A stretch of DNA of 64,000 nt from Amoebidium appalachense (lineage: Eukaryota; Protista; Ichthyosporea): positions 8,537,408-8,601,407 of the forward strand of contig CAVNZM010000009.1 of assembly GCA_963693365.1 (NCBI GenBank). The letters run 5' to 3'. The first letter of the stretch is position 1. Every line of letters starts with the position of its first letter. This document shows, piece after piece, positions 14,066-25,396 of this stretch. The position numbers were made by a program, and so were the translations under genes. The notes under the pieces were generated by a model. It did not search any database, was not told the origin of the DNA, and saw nothing but the letters and a program-made list of their open reading frames with translations.

Positions 14066-17000
14066 ATGTCGGAGAAACCTGCGTATCTCAACCTCACCCC
14101 CTGGAAAGGGGATGACACCACGGACAAGAAGTCCGGCAAACGTCTCACCTATTATGAGTGGGAACCCGTCATCTTCCGGTACCTACGTACTACCACCGCG
14201 GCCAAGTTAGTGCCCGTCATCAAGGCCCCCGAGTGGGTCGACCCTTCCGACGAGAACGAGTGGCACGGCTATGACACTGAGGAGGCCTACACCGAGGCTT
14301 CCAACTTCCTTGAACAGATGTTTACTCAACTCGTCTCCAATGATGAGCTGTATAACTCTGGTCAAATCCACGATGATGTGTCACCTGCCCAAGCTTTCCA
14401 CAACCTCCGTATGACCTATGCGGCTGAACGTGAAGATCGTGCTCGTCAAATCCTCCTCGACTACCATGAGCTTGAACTCAAGGACTTCAAGACCGTCACG
14501 GCCTACCTCACCATGGCACGCCGTCTGTGCACTACCCTGCACATCCTCGAAGAGCCCATTCCTCACAAGACTATGGTTGATAACTTCTTCATCCACCTCA
14601 AGAAGAACCGTAAGTTAGTTTGTACCGACATCCAGGCCATGATTGCCGACTACTTCCGTCGTACCATCAACTACGAGACCTACAACCGTCTAATCAGTGA
14701 CATCCGAGCTGCAGAGATCCGTGAAGGTCTCATCGACTCTGGGTCCGGGTCCTCCTCCACCGTCCGAACAGCACGTGCCCTGCAAAGCCGTGTCCTCACC
14801 AAGGACGACCTCAGACACCGGATCCCCCGACGTGACAGCTCCGTCTCCCGTCACCCCCGTGGTCGTCCCACCGATCGATCCCCCTCAGTTGACCGTGATT
14901 ACTCACGGTCCCGTTCCCCCGGCTATCGTTCCCGGTCACCCTACCCCCCACGTAAAGGGGGTAACCGTCATTCCCAGCCACCCCGAGCCAAGACCACTGG
15001 CTCCCTCGACTGTGCCTACTGTCACGAAGACCATCATGTCACACAGTGTGACAAACCTGGCTGCTCAATTGCCCGTCGTCACCGTGCCAACACCAAGTCT
15101 GGAAAAGAGGTGCATTTTGCCCTCGTGTCCACCACGGCCTCCCTACCCATGGACCCCTGCTGGGACTCGGCTTCCAACGTGCACGTGTGCCCAGTAAAGG
15201 AGTACTTCTCTACTCTTGAGCCATGCCCCCCAACTGACGTCCACGGCCTCGGCATCGTCACTGCACATCACCGTGGTGTCATCAACCTGGCCGTCACCTA
15301 CAACGGAGTAACATCAGTACTGAGCCTCAACACCCTCTATGTACCCGACTCCCCAGCCTTCCTGATATCACCCTCAATGGCCTCCAAGTCGGGTCTCCTT
15401 GCCCACCTAGATGATGAGGATGAATTCCCATCATACCTCTACACTCGTGGTGGCAACATCGTGTGTTCCCTCACAGGCACAGATGGACTGTACTTCATCA
15501 CTGACTATGAGATACGTCCCTCCATCCCTCGGACCGTCACTGCTCTGGTAGCCAACGTCAAGGTCAACAATGATCCTCAGCTCTGGCACCACCGTCTCGG
15601 CCATCGTGCCCTGTCCACCCTCACCAAGATGGTGAGAGGTGACCTCGTGACAGGCCTCCCCTCATCCCTCTCAGTGGCTGACACCACTGACTGCTTCGGT
15701 TGTGTCTCCGGCAAGACCACCAAGGCCCCATTCTCCGGCACCAGAACCCAGTGCCCCTTCCCCGGTGCCAAGTGGCACATGGACTTCTTCGAGCCTCCCT
15801 GTGCCTCCTATGGTGGCTACAAGGTGGCCCTCGTGTGTACCTGTGATGCCTCCGGCTACACCATCGTGTACCTCCTCCGTGATCGATCCGAAACTCTCGA
15901 ATACGTCAAGGCCCTGGTTGAGACTACTGACAAGCAACCCGACAAGGTGGTGACCCACTTCCGTTCAGACTCTGGGTCCGAGTTCACCTCCCACGCTATG
16001 GAGCAGTACTGCCAGTCCAAGGGCATCATTCAGGAATTTGCCCCGGTTGACTGCCCCCAACTCAACGGCTTCGTTGAACGTAAGATGAGGGATCTGCAGG
16101 AGATCGTTCGGTGCTTCCTTCATCAGGACAAGGCCGACTCCCTTTCCCCCAAGCTGTGGGGAGCTGCCCTCAAGCATGCTGCCTACATCATCAACGTGAC
16201 CCCGGCCAGAGCTGCCAATGGCCGTACACCGTTTGAAATTTTCTACGGTGTCAAGCCTGACATCTCCCACCTGCACGTGTTCGGCTGCCCAGCCTATGTA
16301 CACGTCCCTGCATCCAAACGAGACAAGTTGGCCTCTACCGTCAAACTCGGCACCTACGTGGGCTGGGATATCACCAACAAAGCCCACAAGATCATGAATC
16401 TACGTGGCAACACGGTCAACCTCTACCGCGATGTCGTCTTCGACGAATCACAATTCACCACGGCATCCAATCAGATTTCTGTGCAGGCCACCAATCAGAC
16501 GACCTCAATCGATCCATCCCTGCATTCCGGAAATTCCAATTCCGATGACGATGAAATTCCGTCGGTGATTATCCGTCGTTCCCCCCGTCGTGTACCTGCC
16601 CCCGTGGCTCCACCCACCCCCCCCCCCCCCACCGGCCAGCAACCCCTGCTGCCGGCCCCTGCCGTCAATGACCACGTACCTGGTCATCTCACCCCGGTTC
16701 GTCCTGGGTCTCCGGAGTTCCACTCGGCCCCGTCCAGCCCCGTGTTATCTGACTCCCCCCTCAACACGGCACCCATCCCTGGCTTCCAGGCCCCCATCCC
16801 CGACCACCGAGTGTCTGTCCCAGACACCCCCCCGGCCCCTGAGCCCCTCCGTACCGTCCCCCGTCGTTCCTCCCGTCTCTCCTCCCGGCCTGCCATGGCT
16901 ATGGTGAGCATCTCCCGACCCAGCCTTGATGTGTCTCAGCTGCCCCGGTCAATTCAGAAGCTGTGCTCTGGCACCAAGGGTGATGAAGTGGTGACTGCCC

Positions 17001-18493
17001 TCACTGCCGAGTACAAGGCTTTCATCGACAAGGACATCTTCGACGTAGTTGAGCCCCCCTCCGATGCCAACATCATCCGATTCAAGTGGATTGTCACGGA
17101 GAAGGTCCTCAACTCTGCTGGTGACACCAAGATCAAGGGTCGTGGTGTGGCCAAGGGTTTCACCCAAGTCTACGGTGTTGACTACGGTGAAAACTCTTCC
17201 CCCGTCGTCATGTCCTCCTCCGTCCGTGCCCTGCTTGCCCTCGGTGTGCAACAGGACCACGAGATCCATCAACTCGACATCAGCACGGCCTTCCTCAACA
17301 GCCCCCTCGACGAGACTTTGTACATGGAGCAACCTCCTGGTTTTATCCTCCCTGGCAATGAACACAAAGTCTGGAAACTCAAGAAGGCCATCTACGGACT
17401 CAAGCAGGCATCCCTGGCATGGTACGAGTTCTTCAACTCCATTCTCATTGCCCACGGCCTCACCCGTCTCCGTTCCGATCCGGCGTGTGTCTACTTCCGT
17501 CAGTTCCCCAACGGGCACATCATCCGTTCGGGCAACTACGTTGATGATGCCATCATCACCTGCACACGGAACTCCACCATCATGCAGGGGCTTGTTCGTC
17601 ACATCACGAAGTCTGCCGAGTGCAAGGTCGGTCTGCCAGACATCTTCCTCGGCACCCAACTGCTGTACACCCGTGACTCCCTCAAGCTGCTGCAGTCCTC
17701 CTACATCAAGGACATCATCACCGACTTCAACCTGGTCGATGCCAAGCCTAAGGCCACCCCTATTCCCGTGGGCACCATCATCAACGAGACCTCCCTCTCA
17801 TCCCTGCCCACCACCGTCCCCTACCGTGAACTCCTCGGCCGTCTGCTGTGGGTTGCTCGGTGCTCCCGGCCTGACATCTCGTATGCCATTGGCTACCTCG
17901 GCCGATTCAGCTCCAAGCCCACCAAGACTGCCTGGGAGCTTCTCCTCCGTGTCGTTCGTTACCTGCTCGGCACCATCAACCTCGGCCTCTACTACAAGAA
18001 GAAGGCCCCCAACAGCAAGGTGCCCATCCTTGAGTGCTACTCGGATTCTGACTTTGCTGGTTGCCCCACCACCCGTCGTTCCACGTCTGGGTACGTCATT
18101 CTCCTCGAAGGCTCCCCCGTCACCTACCACTCCAAGCTGCAGACGATCACTGCAACTTCCACCTGTGAGGCCGAGCTCCTGGCCCTCAATGCTGCCGTGC
18201 AAGATGTTGTCTGGCACCGTGATCTACTAAAGGAGCTGGGCTACCCCATGACCGAGCCCACCCCAGTGTACTGTGACAATCAGTCCACCATTGCTCTGGT
18301 CCACTCCAACACCATCAAGCACCGGACCAAGCACATTGCCGTTCGTTACTTCAACACCAAGGACTACATCAACAGTGGGGACGTCACTGTCACCTACATC
18401 GACACCAAGAAGAACCTGGCCGACATCTTCACCAAGCCTCTGGCTGGTCCGGCCCACGACACACACCGTGCCAACCTCAGTCTCCGTGACTGA
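14066..18493 (+). CDS. Copia gag-pol polyprotein
   Basis: Zinc knuckle CAYCHEDHHVTQC, protease WDSASNVH, LWHHRLGH, integrase HMDF/RSDSGSEF/NGFVER, RT QLDISTAFLN and YVDD, RNase H YSDSDFAG/EAE/DNQS/ADIFTK. First ATG at 14066. Confidence 0.97.
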   Translation: MSEKPAYLNLTPWKGDDTTDKKSGKRLTYYEWEPVIFRYLRTTTAAKLVPVIKAPEWVDPSDENEWHGYDTEEAYTEASNFLEQMFTQLVSNDELYNSGQIHDDVSPAQAFHNLRMTYAAEREDRARQILLDYHELELKDFKTVTAYLTMARRLCTTLHILEEPIPHKTMVDNFFIHLKKNRKLVCTDIQAMIADYFRRTINYETYNRLISDIRAAEIREGLIDSGSGSSSTVRTARALQSRVLTKDDLRHRIPRRDSSVSRHPRGRPTDRSPSVDRDYSRSRSPGYRSRSPYPPRKGGNRHSQPPRAKTTGSLDCAYCHEDHHVTQCDKPGCSIARRHRANTKSGKEVHFALVSTTASLPMDPCWDSASNVHVCPVKEYFSTLEPCPPTDVHGLGIVTAHHRGVINLAVTYNGVTSVLSLNTLYVPDSPAFLISPSMASKSGLLAHLDDEDEFPSYLYTRGGNIVCSLTGTDGLYFITDYEIRPSIPRTVTALVANVKVNNDPQLWHHRLGHRALSTLTKMVRGDLVTGLPSSLSVADTTDCFGCVSGKTTKAPFSGTRTQCPFPGAKWHMDFFEPPCASYGGYKVALVCTCDASGYTIVYLLRDRSETLEYVKALVETTDKQPDKVVTHFRSDSGSEFTSHAMEQYCQSKGIIQEFAPVDCPQLNGFVERKMRDLQEIVRCFLHQDKADSLSPKLWGAALKHAAYIINVTPARAANGRTPFEIFYGVKPDISHLHVFGCPAYVHVPASKRDKLASTVKLGTYVGWDITNKAHKIMNLRGNTVNLYRDVVFDESQFTTASNQISVQATNQTTSIDPSLHSGNSNSDDDEIPSVIIRRSPRRVPAPVAPPTPPPPTGQQPLLPAPAVNDHVPGHLTPVRPGSPEFHSAPSSPVLSDSPLNTAPIPGFQAPIPDHRVSVPDTPPAPEPLRTVPRRSSRLSSRPAMAMVSISRPSLDVSQLPRSIQKLCSGTKGDEVVTALTAEYKAFIDKDIFDVVEPPSDANIIRFKWIVTEKVLNSAGDTKIKGRGVAKGFTQVYGVDYGENSSPVVMSSSVRALLALGVQQDHEIHQLDISTAFLNSPLDETLYMEQPPGFILPGNEHKVWKLKKAIYGLKQASLAWYEFFNSILIAHGLTRLRSDPACVYFRQFPNGHIIRSGNYVDDAIITCTRNSTIMQGLVRHITKSAECKVGLPDIFLGTQLLYTRDSLKLLQSSYIKDIITDFNLVDAKPKATPIPVGTIINETSLSSLPTTVPYRELLGRLLWVARCSRPDISYAIGYLGRFSSKPTKTAWELLLRVVRYLLGTINLGLYYKKKAPNSKVPILECYSDSDFAGCPTTRRSTSGYVILLEGSPVTYHSKLQTITATSTCEAELLALNAAVQDVVWHRDLLKELGYPMTEPTPVYCDNQSTIALVHSNTIKHRTKHIAVRYFNTKDYINSGDVTVTYIDTKKNLADIFTKPLAGPAHDTHRANLSLRD

Positions 18494-19203
18494 CCCGTGC
18501 ACTGGTGTTCATCATCGAGTGGTTTCTGAGTAGGTTGGGGCCCTGGACAGCAGTTGACACACCTACGGTGATCAAGATGCCTCCCAACGAAAGTCTACTA
18601 CTCCTCATCGTTTCTCTTCATCAGTGGGGACTCAGTCTTACATTGTCATATGTGTGCATCTTCAGTGGGGATTATTCTCCACCATCCGTCGTTTATTTAT
18701 ATTCATATCCCACCATATATATTGGTTTTCTTCTATATTCGACTTTATATATATGTCGAACTGGGATGGCGTCCCAGTATAAATAATTATCTATAGCCAT
18801 GGCGTGCTGGTTGACTGCCAGTCTAAACCTAGTCCACGGGATGCACCTTCCCCGTGTCTTAACTGGTTGACCACCAGTCTATAAATCAGTCCACAAGATG
18901 TTCATGCCTTGTGTTTACCTGGGTGGTCCCCAGTATAAAACATTAGCCACCAACACGTCACACATACACTAGTGTTTCCTATCTATATATATATATCGCC
19001 GATAACCACCATGATTTATTATTTCGAGTCTTCAGAGGCAACCGTCGTTGTGTGCCTCTTCAGTTTTGATTCTCTCCTTCCCACCTCAAGGATCTTCGGT
19101 TTGCATCCTCGAGTGGGGAAACTTGAGTGTGACGGCCCCTCCTGTGTTTGGACCTCATCTACCGTCACATCAACAGACACGAGAACACAAACTTCAACCC
19201 CTT

Positions 19204-19212
19204 GAGTGGGGA
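19204..19212 (+). promoter_or_regulatory. Polypurine tract (GAGTGGGGA) of Copia family 1
   Basis: Abuts the 3' LTR. The identical motif abuts the 3' LTR of family 2. Confidence 0.85.
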
Positions 19213-19304
19213 TGTTGGAATACGTCACCATGTATGACAGCAAGAGCCTTGAAGTATGTATGTGTCCTAGCTTGTTTGTATTCGTGTCTGCTTTCCTTCT
19301 TTGT

Positions 19305-19395
<91 letters not shown>

Positions 19396-20151
19396 CCCCC
19401 CCCCCCCCCCCCCCCCCGTATCTCTCTCTCCCTTGTTTCTGTGGGCACAGATATCTGTAGATCTGTGCACACCTGGCTCTCTTGCCTGATAAGAACTTAT
19501 TGTATTTTATTTCTGTTTGCTCTCCTCTGTTTATCTGAGAGGTAGCGTGATTGGCTAGCCTCACTCGTTGTCTTTCCTTTATTTCAAAATGGCTTAGTTT
19601 TGTTCTCAATAGGATGGCTCGCCAATAGTCGCGAGCGAGTACATCTGTAGATTGTGTTGTGCATTCCTGTCTATTAATATATGTGTGTTGTGATTGGACA
19701 ATAGATATATATGGAATTCGGTTTATTGCAAAGTGTCTTCACTTTGAGAGTGTCGACTGTTAGGAAATATATGCATTTATTTAAATAAGTTTCTTCATAG
19801 AGACGAACATAAATATATATGTGAGTTAATAGTGACTAGATGTATAATTACTTAATTTATTTAAGTAAGAGTTTCTAAACTTTAGTTTAATCGGAAGTTG
19901 GAATGCGTATGCTCTGTCGGAATGTGTTTTTCTATCTTCTGATAGAACCGATTGGTTCTCCCTCTTTAGTTGTGATAAGGTGATAAGTCGCAAGTACAAA
20001 AGGAACCGAGAGCTCAATAAAGATTCAGTTGTTGTTTGAAATCTTTCAATGTCTCGTGAACAACTCCGATTGTCCTCTCATTAATGTGTTAGTCGTGTTT
20101 TACATGACACCTCTGTGCACTCTGCTCCCTTAGACCCGTACAAAAACAACA
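19213..20151 (+). repeat. 3' LTR of Copia family 1
   Basis: Near-identical to the 5' LTR apart from (CT)n length and a few substitutions/indels. Confidence 0.95.
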
Positions 20152-21006
20152 CACACACACACACACACACACAACACAAACCCCACAACACACCCAACAA
20201 GCAACCTCCCCCCGCCCCCCCCCCCCCCGCCCCCGCCGGGGGGGGGACGCCCCGACGCCCCAAAACCCACAAAAAACAAGAAAAACACCCAAGAAAACCA
20301 ATAAAAGCACGGAAACATAATCTATGAAAAACTACTCCGGGACGTGTGTTGCCTCTAGGGGGACATCCCTTGGACGAAAGTGAACCTGCAATGGTTGTAA
20401 ACCACGGCAAGCCCCCAGTCATCAATTTATTGATCCGTGAGGTCCATGTGCCCAAAAAACGGGGGAAGGCTTCGCCCCGTGAAAAAACAGCACGTATGTG
20501 TGGATCAATGGGGGTTGTGTGTGGGTGTAGGTGGGTGGGTGAAAAGGAATATATAGCTGTAAGGCTGTGGATGCTAAACACAGAAGATGTGTTTGTAGCT
20601 TGCTGATCTGCTAAAAACTGTCGTGCTTATATACCTAAGCCTACCGATCTGAACCAATCAAAAATCGATCTAGTGATATGTGAAATCTGATCCGAGCCAA
20701 TCATAACTCGGTCTAGTGATCTGTGGTATCTGATGTTTTGACTGGCTAATAGGTGCCCGTGTGCGGGCAGCCAACCGCTAACTGCTAAAACACGAAATGA
20801 AGCCTACATGGTTATGTTGGTATCGAACACCCATCCTACGTGTTTACCCAGAAAAATATTTATGTCAATAATTTCCACAAATAAAACCTCTATGAAAAAC
20901 TACTCCGGGACGTGTGTTGCCTCTAGGGGGACATCCCCTTGGACGAAAGTGAACCTGCAATGGTTGTAAACCACGGCACGAGAGCAGTATGCTTGCTCCA
21001 AAGGTT

Positions 21007-22213
21007 TCACTTAAGAATAGAGGCGAATACACGTGTGGTGGTGGCAGCAATGGAGGCCGGACGAAGTCGGGTATAGATCAGGAAGCAGTCGGAGGACCAC
21101 CGGCCGAGTTGTTTGATCCGGGAGTCGTCGACCCCGGCCTCAGCCAGTGCTGTGGCCCCCCCGATGCGGAGGCTGTGTCCGGCAAACCGGGAGGGTGAGA
21201 GGCCTGCCCGGGAGAGGAGGGCACGGAAATCGGCAGAGAAAGCACTCTTGGTGTAGGGGATGCCACCGAGACTGAAGAGGGGGTCGTCGGGTTGACCGGA
21301 CGTTGTATCCAGGAACTGCCGGAGGAGATGGGCTGGGGAGAAGTGGGTGAGGGGCAGGGCAGCTAGGGTGACGTTGACACCTCGGGCCTGTACATCCGTC
21401 TTAGAGGTTGGCAGGTGGAGGGTGGCATGGGACAAAGTACCGGTGGGGGTGTAGCTGAAGGTCACGTCCTTCCGTTTAACGTGACGGGACGGGTCGAAAG
21501 AAGTCAGGGTCTTGGAGGTAAATTCCCCTGAACGGAGGAGACCACAGAAACCGACGATGAGGGCCGTCCATAGCCGGAGATTGGCCGAGGAGGCCTTGGT
21601 GGGGCACTGGCCGTGGAGTAGGTGGAGGTGGGAGGGGAGGAGGGGTTCCCTGGTGGATGAGCGGGGTCGGATGTTGTGAGAAAGCTGCCATCGGCCTACC
21701 CCCCGTAGGAACCAGGCCAGAGACTTGTCGTGGGGGTAGGGAGCAGGGAGGCCCATGTCGAGGTGGAGCCTGGTGATGGCCGAATTGTAGCCGGTTAAGG
21801 AAGAGGCCTGTACCCCTCGTTGGGCACACCAGGCGAGAAAAAGTTGCACGGTGTGTGGGGAGGCCGGGAGGGAGGACCCGGAGGAGGATTGCAGCCGAGA
21901 TGCCACACAGAAATCGATGAACACTTTTTTGCACCCGGGAGTAAAAGGCCCGAGAGTCGAGGTTGAGACTCAGGGCCTGGCATTCCTGCAGGGTAGTGGT
22001 GGCGCGAAGCAGCTCGGCCGGAGCAAAGTGGGGGGCCAATCTGCCAGTGTTGCTCCGGAACGGGAGATCTGGGGGGGGGGGGGGGGGGGGGGGGGGGTTA
22101 GCCCAAGGGAAGGGATAGGAACTCGTGGACCCAGGAGGGGAAGGGGCAGGGCTCCGGTTGCAGGGAAGGTCGGAGTCGTCGGGCCCGGGGAAGTTGGTTA
22201 CGAGAAATGGCAT
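21007..22213 (-). CDS. Tyrosine recombinase of Ngaro copy 1 (apparent frameshift in the T-run near 21927)
   Basis: GLLRSGE, SKTD, GHSLRIGGAT, GRWSS and FLIYTR catalytic motifs. Confidence 0.9.
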
Positions 22214-23784
22214 CGGCCAGATGGTTGAGGGGTCCTGGTAGGTAGGATGCCTGTAACGTAAATTGGTATTGCATTTCCATGCGGGTGATGAACCGAATAA
22301 GTTTGGCCATCACGGGGTGGGGGGAAGACCGGGAGTGCAGGTCAGACACAGCACCCGTGTTGTCGCATAAAATACGGACATGGTGGGTGGACCAGGAGGG
22401 GGCCCAGAGGGCCACGGCGGCTGCGATGGCCAGGAGTTCGATGACGGAAGAACCGAGTTTACCCTCATGAGCATAGAGGGCTTGGGTGGAGGGGGACCAG
22501 GGCATGAAGAACCATTGGTCGAGCCAGTGGCCACCTAGACCCACCGATCCGGCAGCATCAGTGGCCAGGGTGGTGTATGTGGGGGGTGTGATGAGGTGCA
22601 CCCCATTCCATGATGTGAGGAACTGGTGCCATTCGGCTATGTCGGCCCGGGCGGCAGCAGTCAGTCGTATGTGGTGGTGGCCGGCAAGGTGTGGGTGGGT
22701 CCGGAGAAGGGCCCATAGGCGCTGGGAGAAGGCCCTCCCGGGGGGGAACCAGCTGGGCACACCAGGTGAGTTTGCCGAGGAGGGACTGGAGGTCCCGAAT
22801 GGTGATGGTGGGCTTTGGGTGGGAAGTGAGGTCGAGTAGGTCCGAGAGCTTGGAAGCCGGGATTCGTGCCTCCATGGCGATGGAGTCGAATTCGATACCG
22901 ATGAAGACGACACGGGTAGCCGGGCCCTGCATCTTGTCTTCGGAGATGGCAATGTGCAGCTCTCGGCAGAGTTGCAGAAAGGTGGATAGGTGACGTTGGC
23001 ACTGCTGTTGTGTGGGGGCGACTATAATCCAGTCGTCTACGTAGTGGCGGATGAGGGTAATACCGTGCTGGTGTGCCAGCCACTGTAGGGTGGCCGCGAT
23101 CCGTTCCCAGATGGCTGGGCTAGATTTCAGGCCGAAGGGCAGTCTGGTTTCAACGTAAAAATGCCCTTGCCATTTGAATGCCATTAAGTGGTGGTCTTCC
23201 GGTCGGATGGGCATGTGCCGGAAGGCAGCCTGCACATCTGCCACGGCCATGTAGCAGCCGGGGCCTGCGTCGAGAATGAGTTGGGTGACATCATCCCGGG
23301 CGCGAATGTACTGAAGTTCGTCGGGGTAGGTGATGCTGTCATTGACACTGCTACCCCGGGGCCAGGAGAGGTGGTGGATTCGACGGTACTTGGGGGGGTT
23401 CCCTTTCTTGGTAACGGCGCCGATGGGGGAGGAACGGTGGACGGGAAATTCGTCAAAGAATTGGGCCGGGGAGAGGGGGCCGCGCAGGTGGCCGAGGGCG
23501 ACTTCTTTGGCAATATCCACCGTGATAGCGGCAGCTGCCTCTGGGGTGGTGGGTAGGTTGGGGCCCACCCGAGAGGTGGAGGGGCCGCGATAGCCGATGT
23601 CGACGCCGAATTCGACATCGTGGAGGAGTTGTGCGGCGAATGGTTGGTCCGGGTAGGAGGCCAGCAGTTCCCGGAGGCGGGAGGTGTCAATGTGGTGCTG
23701 GGGCAGCGGGCGGGCCTCCGGGTCTGAGCCTCGGGGGAAGGGGTGGTTAGCAAGGGTGGTGTACCCTTGGGGAGATCCCGGCAG

Positions 23785-23831
<47 letters not shown>

Positions 23832-23946
23832 CAGGGCCCCGGGGGGTTAGAGTAGGGCAGCTTGGCCCAAGTGAGGGTTGGCAGGGAGGGCAGCGGGGCC
23901 CTGTGCAGGGGAATGTGCCCGAGCACGCGGGGGTGTGGGCGGACAC
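22098..23946 (-). CDS. RT/RNase H of Ngaro copy 1 (apparent frameshift in the G-run near 22745)
   Basis: YRRIHHLS, ADVQAAFR, LPFGLKSSP and YVDD in ORF 22558-23946; TDAAG, IELLAI, CDNTG and ADAISR in ORF 22098-22952. The same region is continuous in copy 2. Confidence 0.88.
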
Positions 23947-24226
23947 AGCGGTAGAAGAAGGGGGGGGGAGGGAGTGCTAGGTGAGTGTAAGGGGGGGGGG
24001 GAGGCTCGTGGGATGGGGGGGGGGGGAGTAAAATTATGTGCAGTGGCCAGAATAAACGTCTTTGTGTAGGGACATTTATTCTTGACGCGCGCGGGCGCCG
24101 TAGTTGGCCTGCGAAATTTTGTACTCAGCCCTATTGGCCCGTTCTCCCGAGCTCCGTTTCCCTGTACTCGTGTGTCCTAGCTCCGAACCCCTATGTTCTA
24201 GCTGTGTGTGTGGGTGTGCGCGTAGA

Positions 24227-25396
24227 CTAGGCATTGTGCTTGCAGTCTTTGCGGGGGTGTGTGCCAGAGCAGAGCGGGCACACGTGGGAGAAGGGGCAGG
24301 GCTGCTTAGCGCAGGACCGACCGTTAATGTGGAAATTCCTGCAGTGCGTCGCGGGTAGATCCACGGGTCGGGCCGGTTTGGCCGGGCCGGGTTGCGGGCC
24401 CGGGCGGTTAGGGGTGTGACCCCCGCCGGGCTTGTGGGGCGGCTTAAAGCCGTCAAGACCACAGCCGGGCTTGGGGTACATGGGGCAGGCCGCGCTGGGG
24501 TGGTCGGGGAAGCCACAGCGCTGACATGCGTCCTGGATGAGCAGGGTGGGTGGCAGGAGGAGATCCTGGTGGAGTTGGGCGAGCAGGTTGGGGCACTCGA
24601 TCGGAGCCCGACCCTGCTGGTGGGCCACGGTGCGGGCGTATACGTCATAGTTGTGGATCTGGGCCCACGGGTATCGGGTGCTGAGGCGAGTGATGTGCTG
24701 AGTCCAAAGTACGTCTTTGTCCGTGGGAAGGCCGAGGTGGTGCTTGGCGGCCATGTAATGGGTCCAAGCTTGGATCCAAATGACGAGTGAACGCAGGGGA
24801 ACGGGTTTGTCTTGGCGAAAAGTCTCGATGCTGCCGTCGTCGGCCATGCGCAGATGCTGACCTTTCTTGGATGGGGCCAGGAGGGCGGCGGGGGTGAACT
24901 TATACAGGTCGACGAAACGATTGGCGCGCAAATCTGCCAGCACATCCGCGGGGGGAAGCGGGAGTGTGCCCGGCTGAATGTCGCCAGTGTTCTCACCTGT
25001 GATGGGGGGCGCGGGCAGGGCAGGCAGGTCAAGGTCAGGGCCGAGATGCAGCCCCGGGGAAACCTCCCCGGGTGTGGAGGGCGCGGCGGGGGGCGCGGGA
25101 GGGTCGCGGTTGGTGAGAGCAGCCAGGACGCCAGCCATCTGGGTGCTGATGGCGGTGAGGGCGGCCAGGACGGCGTCTTGAGAAGTCATCTGCGGGGACG
25201 GCGGGGCCTGAGGGGGGACTTCAGGGGTGGAGGGGAGAGTAGCCGGCGGGTCCGGGTCCGTGGTGGTATGGGCCGCTGGAGGCGCGTCAGTGTCCGCGGG
25301 AGCGTTGGTCAGCCTGTGGCGGAGGTCGCTGCGGGTCAGGCGCTTAGGTGCCGCGGCAGGGGCGGCGGCTGAGGCCTGGCGCTTTTTCGGCGGCAT
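24227..25396 (-). CDS. Gag-like ORF1 of Ngaro copy 1
   Basis: 389 aa with the C-terminal CRNFHINGRSCAKQPCPFSHVCPLCSGTHPRKDC zinc-finger cluster. Confidence 0.88.
   Translation of the reverse strand: MPPKKRQASAAAPAAAPKRLTRSDLRHRLTNAPADTDAPPAAHTTTDPDPPATLPSTPEVPPQAPPSPQMTSQDAVLAALTAISTQMAGVLAALTNRDPPAPPAAPSTPGEVSPGLHLGPDLDLPALPAPPITGENTGDIQPGTLPLPPADVLADLRANRFVDLYKFTPAALLAPSKKGQHLRMADDGSIETFRQDKPVPLRSLVIWIQAWTHYMAAKHHLGLPTDKDVLWTQHITRLSTRYPWAQIHNYDVYARTVAHQQGRAPIECPNLLAQLHQDLLLPPTLLIQDACQRCGFPDHPSAACPMYPKPGCGLDGFKPPHKPGGGHTPNRPGPQPGPAKPARPVDLPATHCRNFHINGRSCAKQPCPFSHVCPLCSGTHPRKDCKHNA

Noticed and set aside
16949-18230. Long alternative-frame and antisense ORFs (393 aa, 236 aa) inside Copia pol, and similar ones in Ngaro
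   Set aside because: Shadow ORFs expected from strong C-ending codon bias; no recognisable domains.
18525-18640. Hammerhead ribozyme (stem followed by CGAAA)
   Set aside because: The CUGANGA core is absent (CTGAGTA in family 1, not conserved in family 2).
20152-20300. Expected remainder of the Copia family 2 3' LTR and its TSD
   Set aside because: The sequence is low-complexity and T-depleted, so no boundary or TSD can be called.
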